In this document: one piece after another, positions 1-9,259 of the stretch
How the letters are laid out: the number at the start of each line of letters is the position of its first letter
How positions within the stretch are numbered: position 1 is the stretch's first letter
Source: Erysipelotrichaceae bacterium
GTDB taxonomy: Bacteria; Bacillota_I; Bacilli_A; Erysipelotrichales; Erysipelotrichaceae
DNA: 32,000 bases
Assembly (NCBI GenBank): GCA_963676105.1
Contig: OY781039.1
Location: 1,290,001 to 1,322,000 of the forward strand
Direction of reading: 5' to 3'
The notes under the pieces: generated by a model
Databases searched by the model: none
What the model was told of the DNA's origin: nothing
What the model saw: only the letters and a program-made list of their open reading frames with translations
Program-made: the position numbers and the translations under genes

Positions 1-18
1 TTAGAATAATCAGCTTCT

Positions 19-912
19 TCATCGAACACTCCGTAAGTAACGTGTCACAGAAATAAAACTACCAAATAAACCAATCACAATCCCTAGCATCACAAGTAAA
101 TATGAAAGTTGTAGAACAAAGGGAAAGACTGCTCTTAATCTAAATAATTCAGCGAATAATACACCATCTAAGACTTCATACAAACGATTATATCCCCAAA
201 TGGTTAAACCAACAGGAATCAATGATCCAAACAAACCAATAAAGATTCCTTCAAACAAAAATGGTGCCCGTATAAAATTGTTGGTTGCACCAATCGTACG
301 CATGATTTGAATTTCATGACTTCGATTTTGAATCGTTATTTTAATCGTATTAACAATTAATATAAGCGCAAGTAATCCTAATGCGCCAACTAAAATAAAA
401 CCACCATCCCGTACGTTATGTAAAAGGTCTACTAATTGTATGGTTGAATTACCACCATAGTTCGCCTTTAAAACACCAGTCATATTCGCAATACTTAAGG
501 TTGTGCTTTCAATTTGTAGATTATCACTGAGTTCAACAATAAGTGCATTCTTTAAAGGATTATTTTCACCTCGATACATTTCAAAGATGACACCCTCTTC
601 ACCATAAGATTCGATAAACTTATCGAGTTCTGCATCCTTAGATGAATACTCTACATTGATGACAGCGGGTAATTGTTTAATTTCATTTTCAATCGTTGAA
701 ACATTATCAATCGTATCTTCAAGTTGTACATGGATTTGAATCTTATCTTCAACTGTTGTGGTAATCTCTTGAATATTTACGGTTAACATCATAAAAAGTG
801 AGACTAAAAGCAAAGTCACACTTACCGCAACCATGGATGAAAAACTCATTGAAAAATGGCGTACAAAACCATAGAAGGCTTCTTTAATCGGCCGCATCAG
901 ATAATTCAACAC
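19..912 (-). CDS. ftsX: FtsX-like cell-division ABC transporter permease
   Basis: 297-aa ORF overlapping the 3' end of an FtsE-like ATPase gene. It has one N-terminal TM helix, a large external loop, then three C-terminal TM helices (FtsX topology). The start is uncertain: GTG at 912 (AAGGAGG 11 nt upstream) or ATG at 897. Confidence 0.8.
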   Translation of the reverse strand: MLNYLMRPIKEAFYGFVRHFSMSFSSMVAVSVTLLLVSLFMMLTVNIQEITTTVEDKIQIHVQLEDTIDNVSTIENEIKQLPAVINVEYSSKDAELDKFIESYGEEGVIFEMYRGENNPLKNALIVELSDNLQIESTTLSIANMTGVLKANYGGNSTIQLVDLLHNVRDGGFILVGALGLLALILIVNTIKITIQNRSHEIQIMRTIGATNNFIRAPFLFEGIFIGLFGSLIPVGLTIWGYNRLYEVLDGVLFAELFRLRAVFPFVLQLSYLLVMLGIVIGLFGSFISVTRYLRSVR

Positions 913-1594
913 GTGAATGATAGCCTCCTTTTGCTAAGTCTGTCGCAATATGACCAGACTCTAATACAATGGTTCTCTTTTTATATTTATTAACAATTTC
1001 AATATCATGCGTCACCATTAAAATTGTTGTTTTTTCTTCAGCACAAATGCGTTCTAAAAGTTTGATGATTTCTTGTGATTTCTTTGGATCTAAGTTTCCC
1101 GTAGGTTCATCCGCAATCAATATTTTTGGTTTATTCGCAATCGCACGTGCAATGACAACTCTTTGTTGCTGACCACCTGATAATTCACTTGGATAATGGG
1201 TTCCTTTATCACTTAAGTCAACCAATTTTAAGACTTCACGAACTCTTTGTCGTGCCTCTAAAACAGGTTGATGGGTAATCTCTAATGCATACATGACATT
1301 CTCAAAAACGGTTTTCTTTTCTAAAAGTTTAAAGTCTTGAAAAACAACGCCAATATGACGTCGATAGTATGGAACTTTACCATGTCTTAATCCACCCACA
1401 TCGATACCCGCAACTTCAACTTTACCTTTTGTTGGTTTTTCTTCCGCATCAAGGAGTTTAATGAGCGTACTTTTACCAGATCCAGTTGGTCCAATAATGT
1501 AGACAAACTCAGATTGGTCAATAAAGAGATTTATATTATGGAGCGCATTCACTCCGTTTTTGTAGGTTTTTGAAACTTTGCTTAGTTGTATCAC
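884..1594 (-). CDS. ftsE: FtsE-like cell-division ABC transporter ATP-binding protein
   Basis: Walker A GPTGSGKST, ABC signature LSGGQQQR, Walker B ILIADEPTGNLD. GTG start with TGAGGA Shine-Dalgarno 6 nt upstream. Paired with ftsX. Confidence 0.85.
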   Translation of the reverse strand: MIQLSKVSKTYKNGVNALHNINLFIDQSEFVYIIGPTGSGKSTLIKLLDAEEKPTKGKVEVAGIDVGGLRHGKVPYYRRHIGVVFQDFKLLEKKTVFENVMYALEITHQPVLEARQRVREVLKLVDLSDKGTHYPSELSGGQQQRVVIARAIANKPKILIADEPTGNLDPKKSQEIIKLLERICAEEKTTILMVTHDIEIVNKYKKRTIVLESGHIATDLAKGGYHSRVELSDAAD

Positions 1595-1618
1595 AAATTG
1601 TCCTCAATTCACTCTTGT

Positions 1619-1627
1619 ATTATATCA
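1619..1627 (-). promoter_or_regulatory. Extended -10 promoter element (TGATATAAT) for ftsEX
   Basis: The minus strand reads TGATATAAT about 25 nt upstream of the ftsE GTG. No good -35 is present, which is consistent with the TGn-extended type. Confidence 0.4.
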
Positions 1628-1836
1628 TTCACAAGCGGCCTATAAGCATCGCAAGATACATTGGAATATCATAAACTTTCTTTTTTTAATTGATATTTTT
1701 CTTCGAACATATAATACGCGACACTATTTCGTTATTAGCGATAAGTGTTTGTAGCGCCTTTACCTTGGTGTTATATGATGCTTTGATATCTATTCCAATG
1801 ATTTTCATCATTTACATTTTTTTGGACAAATGATAT

Positions 1837-2682
1837 CTAAACCTTGAAATCAAAACTAAATCCATTACCTTTAACTTCTGTCGCATCATTCACAATAATA
1901 AAGGCATGAGGGTCCACTTCATTACATAGTTGTGTAAGCATTGGATACTGTCTTTTCTTTATAACGGTTAAGATAACAGGCTTATCTGAATCTGAATAAT
2001 TCCCTTTACCTTGAAGCATGGTTGAACCACGGTCTAAATCAATATGTATCTTTTGTATGAGTTCTTGATATTTTTCAGAAATAATCATGACTGAATAGGC
2101 TTCAAGATCACCAAATACCATCACTTTTTGAATCGCAAAGGATGAAGCATAAACAGATATAAATCCAATTAAAACAGCTTCAATACTAAAGACATACCAA
2201 CCAAATAATACAGTGATGACATCTGTTGCCAAGACAAGTTTAGATAAATCAATATGAGTATACTTATGAACAATGAGTGGTGGAATATCCATACCACCCG
2301 TTGAAGCACCCACTCTAAAGGTTAATCCTATACCTAAACCTGCAATCGCCCCACCATATAAAGACGCTAATAAAGGTTCTGTGTTTACCGCTATATCAAA
2401 GTTATTGAGTATCGCTAAAAACATTGGATAGAGAATGGTTGAATGAAGTGTATGTATTGCGAATTTCTTACCTAAAAAGATTGAACCTAAAGCATAAAGA
2501 ATTAAAATCAATCCTGTAATCAATAAGTCTGATTGAATATTAGTTAACTTTGAGATCGCAACCGCTATCCCTGCGACTCCGCCCGTTAATATTTCATAGG
2601 GCAATATAAAGACATGGACAGCCAAAGCCAAAAAGAAATTGCCTAAGACAACCATGAAAATATCAAAGATTTTTTTACGCAT
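1837..2682 (-). CDS. YitT-family membrane protein (multi-TM N-domain plus C-terminal DUF2179-like soluble domain)
   Basis: Typical YitT N-terminus (MRKKIFDIFMVVLGNFFLALAV...) and C-terminal soluble domain. The ORF-track start at 2694 is a GTG inside the GTGAGG ribosome-binding site, so ATG at 2682 is preferred. Confidence 0.75.
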   Translation of the reverse strand: MRKKIFDIFMVVLGNFFLALAVHVFILPYEILTGGVAGIAVAISKLTNIQSDLLITGLILILYALGSIFLGKKFAIHTLHSTILYPMFLAILNNFDIAVNTEPLLASLYGGAIAGLGIGLTFRVGASTGGMDIPPLIVHKYTHIDLSKLVLATDVITVLFGWYVFSIEAVLIGFISVYASSFAIQKVMVFGDLEAYSVMIISEKYQELIQKIHIDLDRGSTMLQGKGNYSDSDKPVILTVIKKRQYPMLTQLCNEVDPHAFIIVNDATEVKGNGFSFDFKV

Positions 2683-2718
2683 ATTCAACCTCACTTATAA
2701 TGATACAATTATAACACT

Positions 2719-3162
2719 ATGATTCCACTAACTAGACATTCCAAGTTCAGGTTTAAATATACTTTTCTAACAGTTTTTGTCATTTTAATTATCTTTGCTT
2801 TCTCTTTACAATCAGGAGATGATTCATCCAATCAAAGTGGTTGGATTGTGCAAATCGTTGTAAACATTTTTACCTTTTTAAATATCCCTACAAGCGGTTA
2901 CCCACTATCTTTAATCGTTCGTAAAACAGCTCATTTTACAGAGTACTTTGTCTTAGGCTTAACTGTCCCAAAAACAGAAAAGGAACTTTCAGTCCCGTCT
3001 CTACATTATTTTCTTTATCTTATTCCTATCATCGATGAATCTATCCAATACTTCATGCCTGGAAGAGTCATGTCACCCATTGATATGGGAATCGATACAT
3101 GTGGTTTTACCTGTGGATATTTTATAAGTCAAAAATTAATCTCTCATAATTATTTCAAGTGA
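2719..3162 (+). CDS. VanZ-like family membrane protein
   Basis: 147-aa, four hydrophobic segments, VanZ-like RKTAHFTEYFVLG motif. Confidence 0.6.
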   Translation: MIPLTRHSKFRFKYTFLTVFVILIIFAFSLQSGDDSSNQSGWIVQIVVNIFTFLNIPTSGYPLSLIVRKTAHFTEYFVLGLTVPKTEKELSVPSLHYFLYLIPIIDESIQYFMPGRVMSPIDMGIDTCGFTCGYFISQKLISHNYFK

Positions 3163-3426
3163 AGCATCTAAACCTTCTAAAATTTTAAATAAAGTATCCA
3201 TTTTCGGGATATGTTTTTCACGTTCTAATCTAGAAATTGCTTGTTGAGATAATTCAGTTTTTTGCGCTAGTTGTTTTTGTGATAATCCTTTAAATTTCCT
3301 GATTTTAATTAATTGATCAGCTAAATCATATTGATGACTTATTTTTATATACTGCATTTTAAATTCATTATCTTTTAAATTATCATCAAGTATTTGATCA
3401 ATATTAATCTCTTTAAATGGACACAT
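3136..3426 (-). CDS. XRE-family HTH antitoxin (HigA-like)
   Basis: HTH core GLSQKQLAQKTELSQQAISRLE. ATG at 3426 lies 2 nt after the toxin stop, with AAGGAG upstream. The longer ORF-track start (3465) would overlap the toxin gene by 38 nt. Confidence 0.7.
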   Translation of the reverse strand: MCPFKEINIDQILDDNLKDNEFKMQYIKISHQYDLADQLIKIRKFKGLSQKQLAQKTELSQQAISRLEREKHIPKMDTLFKILEGLDASLEIIMRD

Positions 3427-3427
3427 A

Positions 3428-3751
3428 TTATGTAATCTCCTTTTTTCTTTTAATAGCTTTTTCAATATCTTTTATTTCTGTTTTATTCTTTTGTTTTTTA
3501 CATGCATGAAGTATATAGATTGCAGTATTTTCATAGTAAATATAGAACAATCTATTAAATCTTCTAAATTTTATTTCCCAAATCTTCTCTCTTAAATATC
3601 TCGTTTCAAGAAAATTTAAATATTCTATACCATTTGTCTCAATATTCTTAATTATCTTAAGTGCTTCAGCCTTTTCATCAACTGGCAAAGAATTAATAAA
3701 CGAAAATATCTCGTCCTTTCCACTTTTTCGACAATAAGTCAGTATTCTCAT
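3428..3751 (-). CDS. RelE/ParE-superfamily toxin, phage Gp49/HigB-like
   Basis: 107-aa. Pattern ...IWEIKFRRFNRLFYIYYENTAIYILHACKKQKNKT..IEKA is characteristic of the Gp49/DUF891 toxins that precede an XRE antitoxin. Confidence 0.7.
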   Translation of the reverse strand: MRILTYCRKSGKDEIFSFINSLPVDEKAEALKIIKNIETNGIEYLNFLETRYLREKIWEIKFRRFNRLFYIYYENTAIYILHACKKQKNKTEIKDIEKAIKRKKEIT

Positions 3752-3765
3752 ACTGCCTCTTTATT

Positions 3766-3785
3766 ATACATCATATTTGATGTAT
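3766..3785. promoter_or_regulatory. Inverted repeat ATACATCA-N4-TGATGTAT upstream of the toxin gene (candidate TA operator)
   Basis: Perfect 8-4-8 inverted repeat, 15-35 nt upstream of the start codon at 3751. Confidence 0.4.
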
Positions 3786-3848
3786 TTATTTTATATTTTA
3801 TTTGTTTCATATTATATGTATATGCAAATAAATTCATTTTCCCTAAAT

Positions 3849-3870
3849 AAAACATGATGTCTCATGTTTT
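3849..3870 (-). terminator. Intrinsic terminator of the opine-DH/B12 operon
   Basis: The minus strand reads AAAACATGA-GACA-TCATGTTTT followed by ATTT. The 9-bp stem abuts the stop codon of the 610-aa gene. Confidence 0.55.
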
Positions 3871-5701
3871 ATAAATTATTCTCTGCAAACTCAATTCTTT
3901 TCTTTGCATCCATTTCAATGCCCTCACCATCCACTAAGATGACTGATCCATCTTGATAGCGTGAATCAAAGTAAATCGCATTTGGAAAAATCTCTGTCGC
4001 ATTCCATAGATATGGTGTTGGCAAATAACCTGCTTCATATATATTATAAAAACCTTGAGCACTTAAATAATTGTCGACATGTTTTTCGATGGATTTAAGA
4101 ATAATTTTGGTTTCAGATACAAAGTGCTTTGTCAGTTTTTTGATATCCTTTTCAAAAACGGTACAATCTATTTTCTGTTCTTGTTTTTGTTTACGATAGT
4201 AGTCAATCGCAGAACAGGTAATTTGAATGCTTTCATTCATAACTTTTGGATTTGCCATATACAGCGCTTCTGAATAAGAAACCACATGTACAATAGGAGG
4301 ACTATTCTTCACTTCAGGTTCAATATCATCCATCAACATGCTGACCATGGCGAGTTGTTGTTTTGCTTTTTTTTCATCAGGTGAAAAGAAATCTAAACCC
4401 GCTCGTGGTTGAAGCATCACATTAAAGTCTTTTCCTTCTAAAGGTTTAATGAGTTCTAAGATCGCACGTGCTTTGGCGATATCTGTAATGCCCCAAGTAT
4501 ATCTTGGTGTGTTCAACATCACTTGTAGGATAAAGTCTTGTACACCATGTTTCTTTGCTAAGCGTGCCGCAAGTACGGCTGATAAGATATAAGTCACATC
4601 ATCTGCCCCTCTAAAGGCAAAGTGATGTGGGGTATTAGGTTCATACGGTTTTTTTGTATCCGCGATAAAATCTAAAGCTTTAACACTTTGTTTAAGATTA
4701 GTCAGTAAGTCATTAGGACCTCTTCCATCTAATTGATTAAACCACCATAAAGACAAAGCATGCCAAGCAATATTTAAACTTCTTTCATGAACATGCGCTA
4801 AATCATCGACGTGGTTTGTGCCTGAATAGGTACGTACTAACATGGGTCGACTAGCATCATAAATCGCATCATACTCTAATTCATTTTGAATTGGAACTCC
4901 ACCACCATTAGCGCTATCACCCCAGTTTTCATTAAATCGTGATTGTGTGAGTTGTGATGATCCAATAGATAAGATATCTAGATGTTTAGACTCAGCTAAT
5001 TCTTTACACCAATCTTTAAAGTCTTCTAAAGCTTTGAGTCTTTCTTGATGATAAGGTCCTACATGAAGTCGTGTTAATGGAGAGTTCGATGTTTTTCGAT
5101 GATGTTTTAATCGTAATACTAGACTATCTTTCTTTGTCCCAAATTCTGTATAGTCTTCATTTTTGATGACTCTATAGTTTGGATCAAAAGTATCCATAAA
5201 ATCATGGGCTAAAGACATCAGCTTATGATCATACTCAGATCCCTTAATAAGTGATTCTGGTATTTCATCTTCTTCTAAATCCAGCATCCTTAAAACATCC
5301 GCCATCTCTTCAGAACCTACAAATGTAATAACACGATTATTAAATGCTTCATTTATTTTTAGACACGAATTTGGTAAACCCGCAAAATAGATTTTTTCTA
5401 ATAATCCACCATTCTCTTTAAAGATATAGTTTGCCTCACAAACTTCAATAACTGTTCTTACAGTATTTAGGGCATCCTTCTCATCTAATCGATAGGATAA
5501 ACCTAGATGGGTTATATGATGATCAATCAACCAGTTAGCTAGGTCATCTTTATTTTCGATTTCACCTAAGTGATTCGTTTTTGAGATTTGTTCATCGGCT
5601 AGAAATACAATTTGATCACAGGCATTTAACTGACTCTTTATCGCATTAATCCCTAAGGTATGCGCATCATGAATCGGTTTTAAAAGTCCATAGCGTCTCA
5701 T
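3869..5701 (-). CDS. Cobalamin (B12)-binding-domain protein with a large uncharacterised C-terminal domain
   Basis: N-terminus RRYGLLKPIHDAHTLGINAI contains the DxHxxG cobalamin-ligand loop after a beta-strand-like segment. GLSYRL and FAGLP follow at roughly the positions of the SxL and GG motifs. The remaining ~460 aa is unassigned. There is no CxxxCxxC radical-SAM motif. Its ATG overlaps the upstream stop (ATGA). Confidence 0.5.
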   Translation of the reverse strand: MRRYGLLKPIHDAHTLGINAIKSQLNACDQIVFLADEQISKTNHLGEIENKDDLANWLIDHHITHLGLSYRLDEKDALNTVRTVIEVCEANYIFKENGGLLEKIYFAGLPNSCLKINEAFNNRVITFVGSEEMADVLRMLDLEEDEIPESLIKGSEYDHKLMSLAHDFMDTFDPNYRVIKNEDYTEFGTKKDSLVLRLKHHRKTSNSPLTRLHVGPYHQERLKALEDFKDWCKELAESKHLDILSIGSSQLTQSRFNENWGDSANGGGVPIQNELEYDAIYDASRPMLVRTYSGTNHVDDLAHVHERSLNIAWHALSLWWFNQLDGRGPNDLLTNLKQSVKALDFIADTKKPYEPNTPHHFAFRGADDVTYILSAVLAARLAKKHGVQDFILQVMLNTPRYTWGITDIAKARAILELIKPLEGKDFNVMLQPRAGLDFFSPDEKKAKQQLAMVSMLMDDIEPEVKNSPPIVHVVSYSEALYMANPKVMNESIQITCSAIDYYRKQKQEQKIDCTVFEKDIKKLTKHFVSETKIILKSIEKHVDNYLSAQGFYNIYEAGYLPTPYLWNATEIFPNAIYFDSRYQDGSVILVDGEGIEMDAKKRIEFAENNL

Positions 5702-6762
5702 TTTGGGAAGTATTCTTCAAAGAAGCCTTTCACATTTTGTCGACCGATGACACTAAAATCAATATAGTAAAGTGAGTTCGCGAGTTCTAAGACTAAATCC
5801 ATATGTTTATGAGGTGTATTTGCTAATTTAGCTAACTCAAGCATGGGCACAATTCCAGTTGGAATATCTTCATAGATATATCGAGTGGTGATATCTGTTG
5901 GTGATAGTATTTCATCATATTGCGAGGTTGCTTGTAGTCTTAAATATAAGCTTTCACCTTGAGATCCATATACAATATCTAACCATTCAAATGCACTAGG
6001 AATATCTATCCCAAATGCTTTCGCAAGCGCTAATCTTTCTTCATCTAGTTTTTCAATCATATTCGCAACTAAAGGAGTAATCCCTTCTTTATAGTGATGA
6101 TAAGAATCACCACATTCAATACGGGTTAGATTCATGAGTGCTGGAAATGGATGAAACAACATGCCGATATTTGAAAAGGATGTTGTTAAAACAGAATCTT
6201 CCATTTGAATCATATTGAAACTTGGTTTTAAACAGTTATAGATAATTTCACTGTGTTTTGGATTAAGCGCTGCAACTCTTAACTTTTTCTTACGTGAAAA
6301 GATTTGTGATACACCCGGTCTAACTCTTCGTGAAGTGAGTACAAAAGTATCTGTTTCACAGATCGGGATATCTAAGTCACATCCAGCATTTACTAAGTAC
6401 TGCTTAAATAAATAAGCACCTAAAGTACGACCAGGATTAATCACAATTTTATGGTTTTCTTTAAGTAAGGGTGCCATTTGAATCGCAATATCTTCATGAG
6501 CATGGGCAGGAATACAAATCATAATAATATCTGATTGGTCTAAGGCATCTTTTAAAATATGGGTTGCACTTATATTCTTAACCATGGTTTCGATCATGCC
6601 ATGAAGTTGTACGCCTCCCATGGAATTGATTTGATCAATAACCGTTTTAGTCCGATTAAATAAAACTGTTGGATTTGAAAGATGGGCTAAATAAGCAGCC
6701 AATGCTTGGCCACCATGACCAGCCCCAATTACACAATAATTTTGTTTTATTAGACTTGTCAT
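5698..6762 (-). CDS. NAD(P)-dependent octopine/nopaline (opine) dehydrogenase family protein
   Basis: Rossmann motif VIGAGHGGQALAAYLA. The C-terminal opine-DH signature region is FSNIGMLFHPFPALMNL...YKEGITP...LDEERLALAKAFG. ATG at 6762 has AGGAGG 5 nt upstream. The ORF-track extension to 6834 is unlikely to be translated. Confidence 0.7.
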   Translation of the reverse strand: MTSLIKQNYCVIGAGHGGQALAAYLAHLSNPTVLFNRTKTVIDQINSMGGVQLHGMIETMVKNISATHILKDALDQSDIIMICIPAHAHEDIAIQMAPLLKENHKIVINPGRTLGAYLFKQYLVNAGCDLDIPICETDTFVLTSRRVRPGVSQIFSRKKKLRVAALNPKHSEIIYNCLKPSFNMIQMEDSVLTTSFSNIGMLFHPFPALMNLTRIECGDSYHHYKEGITPLVANMIEKLDEERLALAKAFGIDIPSAFEWLDIVYGSQGESLYLRLQATSQYDEILSPTDITTRYIYEDIPTGIVPMLELAKLANTPHKHMDLVLELANSLYYIDFSVIGRQNVKGFFEEYFPK

Positions 6763-6913
6763 TGTATCCTCCTGTAAGTGCTTACATTTTAACCAATAAA
6801 AACCACACAACTGTGTGATTTGAAGAATATTCATAAAAATTTCATATAAAAAACATCAAAAAACTTAAGTTTAACTAAAGCTAGACATTTTCATTTTTTA
6901 AAAGTGTTATTGT

Positions 6914-7837
6914 ATGAGTATGAATAAAATTATTGAAATCAAGCATTTATCGAAATCATATGGAAGCTTAAAAGCTGTAGATAATATCAGTTTTTCAGTA
7001 GACGAAGGAGAGTTATTTGCTTTTTTAGGACCAAATGGAGCCGGTAAATCAAGCACCATTAATATCCTTTCTAGCCTTTTATTAAAAGATGAAGGCGAGA
7101 TTCGTATCAACCAACATCTTTTAGGTCAAGATGATGAATTGATCAGAGAAGATATTGGGATCGTCTTTCAAGAATCATTCTTAGATGACTTGTTAACAGT
7201 ACGAGAGAATTTATTAACGCGTGGGCTTTTTTATAAAATTGATAAGAAAGAAGTAAAAGAAAGAATTGAACAACTCTGTACACAACTTTCATTATCTGAG
7301 TTTATTGATCGACCATATGGAAAATTATCAGGAGGACAACGACGACGCTCTGATATTGCGCGCGCTTTAATTAATCACCCTAAAATATTGTTTTTAGATG
7401 AACCGACGACTGGTTTAGATCCACAAACACGCTTAAGTATATGGTCTTATATTGAAAGTTTGAGACATCAACATAAGATGACGATCTTTTTGACAACTCA
7501 TTACATGGAAGAAGCAGCTAAATGTGATCGTGTCTGTATCATTGATCATGGGAAAATTTTAGAGTTAAGTACACCACGTGACTTAAGAATTAAATATGCT
7601 CCTACACTTTTAAGACTAAAAACCAAGTCTTTAAAAGAAGAAGATTTAAATTCATTTAACCTTCCGTTTACTCGTATGAGTGATGGTTTTGAATTTGCCT
7701 TAAAATCGAGTGTAGACGCCTATCCTATCTTAGATAAATATCGTCTTCAAATCGAACAATTTGAAGTCTTAGAAGGGACGATGGATACCGTCTTTATCGC
7801 CTTAACCGGAAATACGATTAGGGAGGATAAAGCATGA
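6914..7837 (+). CDS. ABC transporter ATP-binding protein (ABC-2/DrrA-like exporter type)
   Basis: Walker A GPNGAGKSS, signature LSGGQRRR, Walker B ILFLDEPTTGLD. Stop overlaps the permease start (ATGA). Confidence 0.85.
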   Translation: MSMNKIIEIKHLSKSYGSLKAVDNISFSVDEGELFAFLGPNGAGKSSTINILSSLLLKDEGEIRINQHLLGQDDELIREDIGIVFQESFLDDLLTVRENLLTRGLFYKIDKKEVKERIEQLCTQLSLSEFIDRPYGKLSGGQRRRSDIARALINHPKILFLDEPTTGLDPQTRLSIWSYIESLRHQHKMTIFLTTHYMEEAAKCDRVCIIDHGKILELSTPRDLRIKYAPTLLRLKTKSLKEEDLNSFNLPFTRMSDGFEFALKSSVDAYPILDKYRLQIEQFEVLEGTMDTVFIALTGNTIREDKA

Positions 7838-8715
7838 ATACTATATTAAGTCTAAGTATTCGTAATCTTAAATTGTTCTATCGAAATAAGTCTTTAGTCT
7901 TCTTTTCTTTTTTATCTGTCTTTATTATTTTAGGTCTCTATGTTTTATTTTTAGCCGAAATACAAATCAATAATATTGAAGCTGAAATTGGGGCAGTAGA
8001 TGGGATTGATGCATTAATCTATGCTTGGATGTTGCCAGGGGTCATAGCGGTTGCCTCTTTGACTTTATCACTGGGTAATGTTGGTCAGTTAGTGGATGAT
8101 GAGGATGATAAAACACTCTTAGATTTCTTAGTTTCACCGATGAAAAGATCTCAGTTAATCCTTTCTTATCTATTTGCTTCTATTATCATTTCAACGATTA
8201 TATTATTACTTATGTTCAGTCTAAGTATTGTGATTGTTTATTTAAAAGGAGGAGACCTTTTAAATATTAGTCAAATCTTAGATGCCTTAGTTGTCATCTT
8301 TCTTCTCATTATTTCATCTTCTTTAACTTCACTTCTAATTGCTTCCTTTGTGAAATCACAAAATACCTATGGTGTAATCAACACCTTAGTTGGTACATTT
8401 ATTGGTTTTGTGACTGGTGCCTATATGCCGATGGGGATTATGCCTATTTTTGTCCAAAACACTTTTAATATTTTACCTGTCTCTATGGGAGCCAGTTTAC
8501 TTAGACAAATCTTTTTAAGAGAAATCATGTCAGATGTTTTTATGGGGGCACCTGCAGCTTATGTGAGTGAATATCGATATTTTCAAGGGATTGATTTAAA
8601 GGTTTTTGATCATCTATTAGAACCCTCATTTATGTTGACAATGATGCTTGTTTATATCGTTATTTTATTTGTCTTAAACTTAATTCGTTTTTCTCGATTA
8701 AATAAACGCAGTTAA
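7834..8715 (+). CDS. ABC-2 type transporter permease
   Basis: 293-aa, about six TM segments, translationally coupled to the ATPase gene. Confidence 0.7.
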   Translation: MNTILSLSIRNLKLFYRNKSLVFFSFLSVFIILGLYVLFLAEIQINNIEAEIGAVDGIDALIYAWMLPGVIAVASLTLSLGNVGQLVDDEDDKTLLDFLVSPMKRSQLILSYLFASIIISTIILLLMFSLSIVIVYLKGGDLLNISQILDALVVIFLLIISSSLTSLLIASFVKSQNTYGVINTLVGTFIGFVTGAYMPMGIMPIFVQNTFNILPVSMGASLLRQIFLREIMSDVFMGAPAAYVSEYRYFQGIDLKVFDHLLEPSFMLTMMLVYIVILFVLNLIRFSRLNKRS

Positions 8716-9254
8716 TCCTTTGGGTTGAGTAAACCATAAATATAATGGTCTTCCCACACTCCATTAATCTGTACATTCTTACGGTTGAGTCCTTCTTGGA
8801 TAAAACCGTTTTTTTCTAAGACTCTTTGTGAACCATAATTATCGACTAATACACCTGCTTCAATTCGGTGAAGTTTTAATTCTTTAAAGGCATAGTCACA
8901 AATTAGTTTTACAGCTTCACTTGTATAGCCTTTTCCTTGATAGGCTTCATCAATGCGATAACCCAAAAAACATGAGTTAATGCTTGGTACATCTAAGATT
9001 TCAAAAAGTGATACCCAAGCAATGAGTTGATTATCATGTGTAAACATACAAAAACTATGCGCTAGATTATCTTTGTGAGCTTGTATTTGTGATTTAACAA
9101 ATGCTCTCTTACCTTCTAGTGTAAAGAAAGCTTCAGATCTTGTGGGAGATGTCTTTGTGAAGAAGGCTCTATTTCTTAGTTCAAAATCTAGTAGTGCTTG
9201 TGTATCTTCTTCTGTGATGAGTTTTAAATAAAATTCTTTTGTTTCAAATATCAT
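8712..9254 (-). CDS. GNAT-family N-acetyltransferase (RimJ/RimL-like)
   Basis: 180-aa. Acetyl-CoA-binding core YQGKGYTSEAVKLICDYAF, followed by the HRIEAGVLVDNYGSQRVLEKNGF pattern. Confidence 0.8.
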   Translation of the reverse strand: MIFETKEFYLKLITEEDTQALLDFELRNRAFFTKTSPTRSEAFFTLEGKRAFVKSQIQAHKDNLAHSFCMFTHDNQLIAWVSLFEILDVPSINSCFLGYRIDEAYQGKGYTSEAVKLICDYAFKELKLHRIEAGVLVDNYGSQRVLEKNGFIQEGLNRKNVQINGVWEDHYIYGLLNPKD

Positions 9255-9259
9255 AGCTC

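Noticed and set aside
969-1172. 67-aa plus-strand ORF inside ftsE
   Set aside because: It is antisense to a strongly supported ABC ATPase gene and has a low-complexity hydrophobic translation typical of AT-rich antisense frames.
1800-1836. Hairpin AATGAT-TTTC-ATCATT with a T-run on the plus strand after the YitT gene
   Set aside because: The T-run is on the wrong strand for the minus-strand gene, and no plus-strand gene ends here. The stem is only 6 bp.
4079-4273. 64-aa plus-strand ORF inside the B12-binding protein gene
   Set aside because: It is an antisense shadow ORF with no RBS and a Phe/Leu-rich nonsense composition.
6763-6834. N-terminal 24-codon extension of the opine dehydrogenase ORF, and the CACACA-AC-TGTGTG inverted repeat at 6804-6817 within it
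   Set aside because: The internal ATG at 6762 has a perfect AGGAGG, and the Rossmann fold starts right after it. The inverted repeat allows only a 5-bp stem with a 4-nt loop as RNA, so I do not call it a terminator or attenuator. It could be a weak operator, but I have no supporting second copy.
6907-7110. 67-aa minus-strand ORF overlapping the start of the ABC ATPase gene
   Set aside because: It is antisense to the Walker A region of a well-supported gene.
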